Part shown: positions 1-9,725 of the stretch, piece after piece
How the letters are laid out: each line of letters begins with the position of its first letter
Numbering within the stretch: position 1 is the stretch's first letter
Notes under the pieces: model-generated
Told to the model about the DNA's origin: nothing
The model's input: only the letters and a program-made list of their open reading frames with translations
The model's database searches: none
Origin: Thelocarpon superellum
Lineage: Eukaryota
Length of the DNA: 35,163 nucleotides
NCBI GenBank assembly: GCA_026025795.1
Contig: JAPEUG010000013.1
Coordinates: 62,001 to 97,163 of the forward strand
Direction of reading: 5' to 3'
Position numbers and translations under genes: made by a program

Positions 1-2224
1 ACACGAAAGAAAGATACTATTGCGCGTGGTGAGCTTATGGAGTCCGCGGCGGTGTGAGGTAAAGAAAACTTACCTTCGCGCGAAGCATCGCCGCCGCGGA
101 CCATCATATACGACGTACTGATACCCCCCTGAGCTCCTCATCAGCGACGGATCCTCAAGGGGCTATAGGAGGCGTGTCTACGTACCTCCGAGAGCATCTT
201 GAGATCCAGAGCATCTTCGGCACCTCCAGGGCCGAGCGGGACCGGTGTGCCGAACAAGACATTACGCTTCTGTGCTTCAGCGATCTGCCGGAACGCGACT
301 CCGCAGAGGCGATCGAGCGCTCGGCTCAGCAGCGCAAGATCCAGGCTGTTCGACTTCGCCGGCAGATCGGCGCTGAAATGTTTCAAGTTCTCCTTGAAGT
401 CGGCCGAGGGAAAGCGACCCCGCTCGTCAAAGGTCTGATCGAGATGGTGCTCGTCGAGCTCGTCGAGGGCGGTAGGGGGGAATATCGCACACAGCTTGCT
501 CTTTGCCATGCCTCCTTGAATGTAATCAAGTATCACGGCGTGCTCGAGAACGGGGTCCTTTTCCGCTGGGTCATCGGCCGATGACGAAGACTCGGCGGCT
601 TGCGTGTCAATCTCGTGCCGCAGCCAGGCGGAGAATGCAGTAAACTGCCCGAGTTCAACGCTCGTGTGCTTTAGGATGGTATGTGCGAGCAGCGCAAGGC
701 AATCCAGTAAATCAAACACCCTGTCAAGATCCTGCGTCGAGAGTCCCAGAGCCTCCTGGGAGGCCTGAAATCGGGAGAGGCCCCGTAGACGGCTAAGGAT
801 TACGCCGCATCGCTCCAAGGCCGGGATGAGATTTTCATGTGTGAGACGACGTAGGTTCTCATAGCATGCCGTGACGGCCTTGTCCCAGCGCTTGTGACCC
901 TACCATGCTCGCGCACCCGTTAGATTCCGAGTCTTCCGCATCCACTTGACACTGTACCCTACCCGTTCCGAGAGTTCGTCCACCAGCCACCGCTTCAGGG
1001 GCGCAAAACAGTAACCTGTGACCACCAAGTGATAGGCGGCAACGTTGAAGTCGCACTGGCATTCCTCTTGCAGGGCTTCAGTGATGTTTCGGAGAAATTT
1101 CGTCGGCAGATCTTGCCCGCTCTTCCACTCCGCCTGCATCGTCTTGACCACTTGGCCGACATAGCGCAAGATGTTCTGGAGCTGCGTCGACTTGGCTGCC
1201 AAGACGGGGAGATAGGGCCCAGACGTGGCAATGAAGCGCAAGTCGAGGGGTAGAAACAGGAGTCGCGATTCCGCCGTGGTCGGCAGCGGGGCAGCGACCA
1301 GCAGAGCATGTGTGGATGAGTCCGCGTATGAGTCATGCAAGACGGGGATCGCCACTCGCAGCCCTGACGATTTGCCCAGGTCCAAGGTGCCAACGTCGAA
1401 CGTGCCAAAGATGCTCAGGTGGATGGAGCTGTCGTCGAAGCAGGCGACGAGGACGTCCACGGCATTGCTCTCGTCCTTGGAGAGGGGATGGAACATGGAG
1501 TCCAGGGATGCTCTCGAGCTAAAGACGTCTTCACTAAGCACCGCATGATCAGCGATCCACCACGGATGTTTGACTGGACCGATCACTTGTCGCTCCGCAC
1601 TCACTCTCGTCCGCCTGCCGGCAGCAAGCTGAGCTTCGGGAGGCAGCTTTCTACATCGACGAGGGCCAGCTCGCGGGGAAGATCGGGCACAAAGCGAGCC
1701 TCGTCATCTGGACTCTCGCGACCCAGAATCTGATCCAAGGCACGCCGGGACCCATCCACCCTGCCGGCCGTATTCTTGCCTCGCGTGAAATTGACCCCCC
1801 AACCCAGACAGGTCAGCGTGCGGCTGGCGCCAACCGAAGTCTCTACCTGCTGGACGACCTTGCCACTGTCGGCATTGATGAGCCGGACGATATTGTCGCT
1901 CCATCCCGCCGCGAGCAATTGGCCTGGATAATGGGTCAGTCTACTGGGCATCGGGCACGACGCCGGGGCAGAGCATGGTGGTCCAGCTAGCATACCATTT
2001 GGCTTCCATCGCAATCGGCGGATGGCGACGGTTTGGCCTTTGTTGCCCAGTCCCAATACCCGCTGTCCATTCAATCGATAGACGTACACCCGTTCTTCGT
2101 CCGTGGCAACGGCCAGGAGGTCCATGGTGGGGCAGTAGGTCATTAGGCCCGGACGGACCGGCTGCTGCACCACCTTCTCAGACAGCTGAGTGAGCATGGC
2201 CAAGCCATCTCCGTCTTCGTCCAT
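1..2224 (-). CDS. APC4: Anaphase-promoting complex subunit 4 (Cut20/Apc4); 3' end lies outside the window
   Basis: N-terminal WD-like segment (YCPTMDLLAVA...VYRLNGQRV...WKPNG.LLAAGWSD) and the long APC4 domain (LKRWLVDELSERGHKRWDKAV...HENLIPALERC...LSRLRGL). Inferred GT-AG introns at 1924-1995, 1534-1604, 900-962, 129-185 and 17-73 join the ORF pieces in frame. Start ATG at 2224 (alternative 2197). Confidence 0.9.
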
Positions 2225-2362
2225 GATGTGACTCGCCACCGAGGGCAGCAATGGCCGAATCGGCCGTCACGATGGTAATATGGTCATGTTGCTATTCCCG
2301 CTGTGCTTCGCCGGACCTCACATGGCTTTTGGCTCCGCTGCGCTCACTGCCTTTCGTGGCGA

Positions 2363-2399
2363 ACGCGTGGCGCGTCGACTAAGCGGCGTCAGTCGACGC
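2363..2399. promoter_or_regulatory. MCB-like (ACGCGT/CGCGT) sites and a 9-bp inverted repeat upstream of APC4
   Basis: ACGCGT at 2363-2368, then CGCGT. GCGTCGACT (2372-2380) and AGTCGACGC (2391-2399) form a perfect inverted repeat about 140-175 bp upstream of the APC4 ATG. Confidence 0.35.
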
Positions 2400-2612
2400 T
2401 CGTATCCGGGCTAGTAGTCACGTGGACGCTGTTGGTTCGTGGTATATCGCGACGCCGCTTTTGAGGCCTCTACTTCTTTGGTATGGACGGCCACAACGTC
2501 ACCCCAGGGTGATGACACTGTTGCATCAAATTGCTAGATGTACGGACGCTACGATGCCTACGCCTTCATACTTGAGCAACAGCAAGACAATTTTTAAGCA
2601 GCGCAAACAGGT

Positions 2613-4419
2613 CTACTCAATGACATACGACTCGGCAACGGATTTAATCTCCTTGGAAAAGGTCACTTCCTCGCTCATCTCAACCAGCGTGACCGACGAT
2701 ACCTACGCCAGTACGATTCTTGTCAGCGCCCTTTCTTCATTCGAGAAGGGGATATTGCGAAACGAGTCCGCACGGGGTTGAATGTTGCACTCACATCTAC
2801 TTCGGCAAAGGGCCTCGTCTTCGAGAACGTGACGTGCATGGGGAAGAAGTCGCTCTCATCTTCGGCCTGTGCCTCGAATTCAAAGGTGCCGCTGGCGTTG
2901 TCAGCGTCGACGACAGGAACACTCCAGTCAAGGCTATCGCCCGAAACCTCGTAAATGGCATCGAAGCTCGACACGGCTGGCTCGCTGGTGGAGAAGGGGA
3001 TGGTGACGACGACGTCCCTAAGCGTGTCGCCGGCACTGCCCAATTCGTACTCGACGGTGATGGTGTAGGAGTCTTCGGCGCCTTTGTTGACCCAGACCGT
3101 GAAGAGAATGGGCAGCACGCTGCTGTCGTCGGCCTTGGCGTTGGTCTTCCATCGCAAGACGCCGACGGAATTGTTGGTGGGGAAGCCCCGCGACGGGTCT
3201 TTGAGCTGAATCACCTTGGACCGCGTGAAGAGCGCCTTGTCCACGTTGGGGTGCGTCTTGAACTGAGCGCTCTCAGCGTCGGCCACAAGATCTAGCTTAA
3301 CCTTGGTGAGGCTGGCGTCGACGATCCGGAGCTGCAAGTCGCCCGTGACCTCAAACGACTTGAGCGATCCATCCCGCGACAGCTTCGCCGAGATCTTCTC
3401 GCCGACGGTGACGTGAATGGCGTCGCGGTCCATGGACGAAGAGACGCGAGCCGAGGGCGCCTTCTCCACCGCCGGCGCCGGTGTGTTGGTCACCAAGCGA
3501 GTTGACTCTTCCGCCTCAGGCCCCAACTCGCCACGTACCCGCTCGAAGAGGTCGGTCGTCTTGGATTTCTTGCCTAGCTGCATGCCTTTGGCTTTGGGCG
3601 CAGAAGATCTAGACATCATATCAGCCTCCAGGCTAGGGTTGGCGGAAGGGGCATGGAGCACGCACCCAAAGGATTTCTTCTTCTCAGCTTCGTAGGCGTC
3701 ATACGTCGAGGGCACCGCGGGTCGAGCGGGAGGTGTGTAAGTGGGGTAGGAGGGGGCACGTGGGGCCGCGCCGCGATTGTTTCGAGACATCTCTTTCCGT
3801 TGTAGCTCCAGTTGCTTGGCTTTCCGCTTCCGCTCCTCGCTGGCTTCTAATTCTTTATTCTGTGGCCACAATGTCAGCACCGGCAATCTCCCATTGCACG
3901 TCCGCAGGGCACCGACCCTCGCGATGATCTCCTGAATGCGCTCCTCATGACTCTCCATCTCCAGGAACACCTTGATCTGGGGGAGGAAGAGGTTTTCTCG
4001 GTATCCCTGTGTGACGAGCTCGTCAAAGGCGCTGAGTAGTTCAAAGGCGTTCTTCAGGATCTCCCGCTCGTCCAAACTCTTGCAGACGCTGGTCACCACC
4101 TGAGCAAAGAGATGGAGCGAGTCGATATCCTGCAGGATGTTGGATTGGCGGTTGGTGATGAGCACCATGTAGAGCTCGTCCAACGGTTGGTAGACATAGC
4201 GTACATTGTCCTGCTCCACCGTCGTATGTTGCGTCCCGGCGTCGGCGAGCTTTGGGAAGGAGGCCAGGAGCGCCTCGATGCGAGTCCGGGCAATTTCACG
4301 AAATTGTCGGGAGAGGACCGCCTTACCACCGCGGGTGCAGATTGACGCAGCGAGCACGACCTGGAGCGCAGGCGTCGGTCAGCAGCGGATCTTACGACGC
4401 AGGTCATGCCACATACCAT
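2613..4419 (-). CDS. RET2: Coatomer subunit delta (delta-COP)
   Basis: MVVLAASICTRGGKAVLSRQF...QHTTVEQDNVRYVYQPLDELY...SNILQDIDSLHLF longin domain plus a C-terminal mu-homology domain (FKTHPNVDK...GVLRW). The first coding exon is ATG only (4417-4419). Introns at 4361-4416, 3860-3916, 3609-3665 and 2703-2794. Ends ...AESYVIE*. Confidence 0.96.
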
Positions 4420-5152
4420 GATGGCAACAGGCCAGCCCAGTTATGGTGCGGGGCCTCTGTGCATCGGCCGCACCCAGCGACAGTCCAAATCAAGAGCTTG
4501 GTCGTAGAATCTGATGGATCCTCTACGGTTGTGTCTCCCCTGTGACAATGTTTCCGGCCTTCGGTGTCGTCCTAATGTTTGATCTGGCGGGTTACTCCGC
4601 TTCCATCGGAGGAATGTGGAATATGTGACAGCAAGAGCATCGCGCACGTGATCTGACATTGGCCAGCGCGATGAGTCTTTGTCCCTGAACCCGAATCCCC
4701 TCTATCCACCCCAGGTTGACCTCTTACTTTCACCATCACGTCTTCACTCCTGCTCAGGCCCATCTCTCTGCCTCATCTTCACAACGCTCTTTGTCACAGA
4801 TCTTCTATCTGTGCCAGCGACCCTTTCCGTCCACGTTATTACAGTTACACGACTTGTCGCCCTCGTCACCTCTGTTACCAATCAATCTCCCGCCTCCTCA
4901 ACAACCCTCACCCCTACACTCGCCCTGACGGACTTTCTAACACAGCTTGCTCTTTTGGCCCCATACTAACCTTAGCTTTTACTCCATGTTCGGTCGACCC
5001 ACAAACACGACGCCTTCTCAACCGGCTCGAAAGTCAGCGGGAGAGCTCTTTGACTGTCACCTTTCCCCCACGAGTGTGCCCGGCCCGTGTCCGCTCGCAC
5101 TTTGCGCCCTAAATCCCACTGTACGCACGTGTCAGAAGTAGATGGAGCATCA
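4420..5152. promoter_or_regulatory. Divergent promoter and 5'UTR region shared by delta-COP and the Rmr1-like gene
   Basis: Head-to-head start codons at 4419 (-) and 5153 (+). C/T-rich tract at ~4690-4985, typical of fungal core promoters and leaders. CACGTG and ATTGG motifs near 4645-4662. Confidence 0.55.
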
Positions 5153-7860
5153 ATGACGTCCCTTCGGCCCTTTGCCACTCCCCTCCTGGAGGTCCAGGCG
5201 GCCGAAGACAGCATGGAGCTCTCGTCAGACATTGATCGCGTCCCAGTGCACGACGATCTGGACCTAGACGTCGACGTCGATGTGGATGCCCTCAGTGAGC
5301 AACTTCTGGATCCAGACGATGACTACATGATCGAGGATGCCCACTCTGCTACCGGCGATGGCGCCCACCTTATGATTGAGGCCGTCAACGACGATGTGAT
5401 GCACGACCAAGACCGCGCATCGCCGGCCATGGACGATGACATCGTGGTCCCTGACGGCGACATTGGTGACGCGGACGATACCACCCAGCATGCCGCATAT
5501 GACACCGACTTTCACGCCTTTGATCTGAACACGGTCCTGGTGGACGAAACCAACGATGTGCCAGCTGATGGGGCCTCCTATCCTGACGGCGGAGAAAACC
5601 ATCTCGGTCTTGCCAATAAACCCGATCCCGACCATTTCCATGCTCTGTCTTCAGTTGCTCCGAAACAAGATCTTACCGAAGGATCTTCCCTCACAGACGT
5701 TCCTGTTCCTCTGCCCGAGCCGCCAGCAAGAGAGGTCGCCGACGTGGAAGCGACGACAGAGAACCACAATGACGGCGCTGCCGGAGATACGGACCCTCTC
5801 TTAGCAGATACAGACGAGCCTCTCCCAACTAATCTGGGAGGCGAGGCGGCCGAAATTGTGGACGTCGACGTTCAGACCGGAGAGCTTCTCGAAACCCATG
5901 GGGAAAACGAAGCGTCTCATCTTCACCCGGTAGTTGTGGCTTATGAAGGTAGCGAGGTTTCGTTGTTTCCGCCCTCCAAGGACGATGCCTCGGATACCTT
6001 CTTCCTCCATGATGAGACCCTAGCCAGCCAGCCTATGGGGGAGTTATTTCATTCGTTACGATCGATCCTTGCCGAGAGCATCAACGAGGATGATGAGCTG
6101 GAAGTCAGCGTAGAGGACCTGGGTGTATTCCTGAGCGAGGTAGAAATCCCTAATCTATTTGCGACTCGACGGATATCTGCTGACGTCTGCACAGGATTCA
6201 CATCACGCACATGTCGTCACGCTTGCGCAGATTCTCGACCTTCATGTCCACCTTGCACGTCTCGATGGAGCGGAACAGCCGGGACCACTGTATATGAGCC
6301 TCACGACACGGATCAGGCTTCCTCGTCGCCTCGAGGACCTCGCGACGGCCGTTAGCGAAGGTAAAGGCCTGTCCCAGTTGGCACTCTGGGGTCGCGAGGT
6401 CACTGCGCACCCGCCCGTGGAAGAGTCTGGCTCTGCTGGCGGCCTGGAACGAACATCTGATGACTCCGCAGCCCACCAAGACGAGCCTATCCCCCCCACC
6501 CAAAGGCATGAGGATCATCCGGAGCCGACGCTGGAAACGGTCTCTCCCGAGCCAAGTCCGCCAGAAGCCTCTGACCTACGGGATCCAGAGGATGCTGAGC
6601 ACCCTTCCGGATTACCTACTATCGACCGCAATACCAGCCTACCACCTACCCTGGCCCCGGAGACACTGGGGTCTATAGCTCCGGATGGGACCTCCCCGCA
6701 TCGGGTCCAAAGCCCGGAGGAGGCGCCGCACGCAGCCAAGGTCCAGACCGAGAGTGCCGAGAATGCCGAGAATGGTGATCTCATTGATTACGAACAGGAC
6801 GAGATCGAGCGTGGAGACGGCGACGGCACCGAGGTCTCGCGTTCGGCCACGACCGACTCCGCCACGTTGCAAGGCGATGAGCTCGGCGACCGCAATGGTA
6901 CAGCACCCGATTTTGTTATACCATGTTTCAAACCCCAAATGTGTTTTTGTGCACGTTGTAACGAGATCATCCTAGCAGAATACGCCGCTCAGAATGAGGC
7001 CGAGTCCCGACGAAGCTCTCTCCGGAGCGCCGCCGGATCGCTGGACAAAGCCTCACCGGCCACGGACGTGACCGGATCGGGCCGTGATCCCGTCGGAGAG
7101 AACCATGACGCCTCGGACGAAGCGAGTGATCCGGCAGACGGTTGGGCGGAGCAGCCGCCCGAGTCAGGCAACGGAGGTTATCCATCCGAGGACGTGTACG
7201 ATCCCTCGTACCCCGTAAATGACGGCGACGGACACGGAGAGCTCGGCGGGGAGGATGAGCCCGGGCTGGAGGATGACTACGATCCGGCCCCCACCGAACT
7301 CGGCAACGACCCTGATGGTCCGGAGATCGCACTTGACGCGCCAGACGAGCTTGACGACGAGGACCCGGCACACGCGATTGATCTGGTCGATGAGGTCTTG
7401 AGGGAAAACGGGACGCTCGATGAGCAGGCACGCGACGATGATCTCGTCGAGGACGAGGAAGCCGTGCTTGACGACGCTGCGGCGGGCGGTCAGGATGATG
7501 TGGATGATGTGGATGATGTGGATGATGAGGGTGATGATCATCCGGATGACGAGCCTCCCCTTGCAGACCCGGACATTTCACATGCGGAGCTAAGTCAGAC
7601 CTTGGTCGACGACTCTGTCGCCGAGTTTGACGACGAGGCTGCATATGATCCGATCGAGCTCTTGGACGCCGAGCTCGATGCTCCATTCTTAGTCGAAGAA
7701 GAAACACATCCGATGAAGCGATCGCGCGACGACGCGGACGGTGTGGTGTCCGAGGCTGATAGTCAAGGTCCGTCCTGTTCCTCTCATGATCCTCTTTATT
7801 AACACAAGTGAGGATGCTAACACGATCATTGCAGACAACAAACGTGCTCGCGCATCGTAA
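5153..7860 (+). CDS. Very acidic, largely disordered protein with a central DUF2420-like domain (Rmr1-like), probably nuclear
   Basis: D/E-rich ORFs joined by introns at 6140-6194 and 7768-7834, with an optional in-frame intron at 6898-6975/6978. The folded core HPVVVAYEGSEVSLFPP...FFLHDETLASQPMGELFHSLRSIL...ELEVSVEDLGVFLSE...TLAQILDLHVHL resembles DUF2420 from memory. The spliced C-terminus KRSR-x15-KRARAS* looks like a bipartite NLS. Confidence 0.72.
7493..7537 (+). repeat. Coding 9-bp tandem repeat (GGATGATGT)n encoding DDV repeats
   Basis: ggatgatgt x3 plus degenerate copies, read directly. Confidence 0.85.
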
Positions 7861-7877
7861 CGACACCAATCATCGTC

Positions 7878-8119
7878 GCGAGCGTGGTCGAGATGACGGC
7901 TCGCCCTATCGCCCTTTGTCGGTCTGGCTCCCGTGAATCCCTCTGGGACGGCCTGACCAGGCCGACTAGCACGACAAGATCACTCCAGCGGTAGCTTCTT
8001 ACCACCGTGGGGATTGATTATGAGCTCAATCAGCCCTCAAGAGAATTGGCATCATCGTGGAGGAAGTGTAAAGTCGGTCTCGCGCGGAGCCGACGGGTAA
8101 GCATTCAGGTCTAAGTGAT
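7878..8119 (+). ncRNA. Candidate structured cis-regulatory RNA in the 3'UTR of the Rmr1-like gene
   Basis: Several adjacent or nested complementary segments (see findings) enclosing a GTAAGC donor at 8097. No recognisable ORF. Confidence 0.45.
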
Positions 8120-9725
8120 GGACGACATTTCCTTCCGCCCTCTCATCACCTGCCTGTGCCCTCCCTCTCCCCATACCCTCTCGCCCCTTCTTTCTTCTTT
8201 TCTTTGCTCCTCATCCCTTTCGTGTGCATTGCTAAGCGTGCCGCTCGTTCGGTGACTCTCCCTGCTTCGCGTCGGAGGCGTCGGCGTCGGCGTGGGTTGC
8301 GCTCCATTGATTGGGTAGCATGGCCGTGGACTGCCGCGGCGTGCGGTCGGAGCTCTTCGCCTTGTATGTTACATGGTTCGGTGCTTGTTAACCGCCACTA
8401 GTAATGGCTCGTAGGAGGTGACATGGGGGGTGATTCACAGTCGGCGGACGCTCTAATGGAGGAAGACTCGGACGCACCATAACTCCATAATTCCATGCAG
8501 ACGTTGATCGTAGCCTTCCAGAATTGTTGAACGGTCCTTCTCCAGGAAGGTGGAGGCGATCTTCGAGATACGAGGCAGGTACTCATGCTCCGTAGACTCG
8601 CATCAGCACGGCTCTTCGGTACTCTTCCTCCCTTCTGTCCGACGCATACGAGCAGTTCAGTAGCCGAAGTCACGGGCTAAAAATACGGCCCCACCGCGGG
8701 CTGCGAGCTGCGAGCTGTCAGGGCATGAAGATTTCTGTGCCCCAGCTCTTAGTTAGCGAAGGTAGCGAACGAGCCAACGTTCCAGAGTGCCAGATTGTGC
8801 TGGTTGCAGAGGGACGCGGCTATGCTGGCAGGTACGAGGCCCTACGTCGGGCCACTTGACCACATCACCCCCCCGTCGCCGCCAAAGCTGCCGCTCAAAA
8901 GTGCGGGCTCGTCCGAAACCACCAGCCTGTAGGCATTGAGAGGTACCAGAAAGAGTATGTGACTCGTCAGCGTTCCGACGCAGAGCTGCAGTCTCAGTCC
9001 CTGCGCCCGTCCGCTCCAAGCCCGGAGCCCTTCTCGTCAGGTAGGGGACGAATAAGACGATCCGACGCAGCACACCAGACGAGGACGAGTACCAGGACGC
9101 AAAACTCCGTATCTGGCTCTCTCCATCTGTGCCCTCCCACTCGCCCTGGTAATCCCATACGAGTACTTCGTACCATACGTCGTCGACCGGCCTACGCCGC
9201 GCTTGCGCCGACAGGGGCGCCATCGTGAATATCGGTACCTCCCGCTCCGGTCCATCAGCCTCAACGCCCGCCACACCCCTTGCCACGGGCGAAATTCCCT
9301 CGGCCCGGTCCGCTCTCTATCTCTCTCGCGCGGGTGCGCTACCTCGTGCGCTCCATCCTCTCCCTTTCGAGCGGTGATCGCGCGCAACTCTGGCTTCGCT
9401 GCGTCGGTTCCCGATGATTCGACGATAACGTGTCATGTTCGAATCCCCCACGCCACATCCTCACCGTCGCCATCGAAATCTTCTCGTGCCGTCTCATAAC
9501 TGCCCACGTTGGTGGTCTTGACTCCTCCACGACCTACCCTCCGATCGTAACCCCCAATCGCAACGCGCTTTGGTGGTTCCCCCGCGGTCGACGGCGTACT
9601 GCGAGCCCCTCGTCGCATCTGGGGCCCGATCGTGGCGCACGCCTCGATCCTCTGTCAGCCGCGGCTCGCCGCGCTGACTTCCTCTCCCCTTTCTCCTCCA
9701 AGACGCTTGGTCCTACGAGATCAAG

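Noticed and set aside
7962..8114. Short reading frame through the 3'UTR element
   Set aside because: No ATG at its start and interrupted by TAG at 7992-7994; better explained as non-coding.
7861..8401. Telomerase RNA, RNase P/MRP, TPP riboswitch, group I intron or C/D snoRNA as the identity of the structured element
   Set aside because: No TAACCCTAA template, no P4 consensus, no TPP core, no group I S element and no paired C/D boxes.
8753..9286. 177-aa minus-strand ORF between the Rmr1-like and NIPA genes
   Set aside because: GTG start, no motif and no supporting splice structure; probably promoter or UTR sequence.
9437..9447. GTTCGAATCCC, resembling a tRNA T-loop or Pol III B-box
   Set aside because: The flanks do not form a T-stem or cloverleaf and no A-box is evident.
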